The notes under the pieces are model-generated. The model made no database searches, had not been told where the DNA came from, and saw only the letters and a program-made list of their open reading frames with translations. DNA of 50,781 nt from Hyphomicrobiales bacterium. GTDB taxonomy: Bacteria; Pseudomonadota; Alphaproteobacteria; Rhizobiales; Aestuariivirgaceae. Positions within the stretch are counted from its first letter, which is position 1. Each line of letters starts with the position of its first letter. This document shows positions 50,654 through 50,781 of this stretch, piece by piece. The position numbers and the translations under genes are program-made. The stretch spans positions 1 to 50,781 of the forward strand of contig JAYUEP010000082.1 in assembly GCA_043739165.1 (NCBI GenBank), read 5' to 3'.

Positions 50654-50781
50654 ATGATTGACAAGGCCTATCCATACAAGGTCCACACTGGTCGCGAGCT
50701 TGAGTTAATGCTTCAAAGGCAAAAACCGTTTGCGGCTTTTTGCGATGCGCTTGCGTCTAGCTACGAAGAAGAGATCATTCC
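50654..50781 (+). CDS. Hypothetical protein, runs off the window end
   Basis: MIDKAYPYKVHTGRELELMLQRQKPFAAFCD..., open to the window end. Confidence 0.5.
   Translation, partial: MIDKAYPYKVHTGRELELMLQRQKPFAAFCDALASSYEEEII

Overview
Chromosomal segment of an alphaproteobacterium; gene content and order look Hyphomicrobiales-like (inference). Positions 1-4225 are a decayed accessory region abutting the 3' end of tRNA-Thr(CGT) at 4226-4301. It holds a GFA gene tail, an orphan IS21-like end, an Fsr-type MFS gene, a frameshifted HNH-like gene, a truncated aldo/keto reductase, and 24-bp degenerate palindromic repeats just downstream of the + strand genes. The rest is mostly housekeeping: hemY/COG4223/hemD/hemC, tsaD-gpsA-yciI-EVE-methyltransferase, acs, glpDK, class 3 asparaginase, msrA, protease-rimK-deacylase, sodB, a RecQ apparently lacking its winged-helix domain, a TetR-controlled DUF4281 operon, gcdH, ptrB, sufE, rpsU, purEK, 6S RNA, zapA and tkt. 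Four things stand out. (i) An intact 2016-bp IS1595-family element (25-bp IRs, 8-bp TATATTTT target duplication) carries a small ORF and a DUF3800 passenger gene. (ii) It sits in a palindromic promoter/operator of a frameshifted DUF6456 gene, similar to the gene-transfer-agent activators GafA/GafZ. (iii) A 60-aa secreted peptide has a mature part made almost only of Met, Lys and His. (iv) The repeats in the tRNA-proximal island look like cassette boundaries. All family calls come from recognising motifs by eye, not from database searches.
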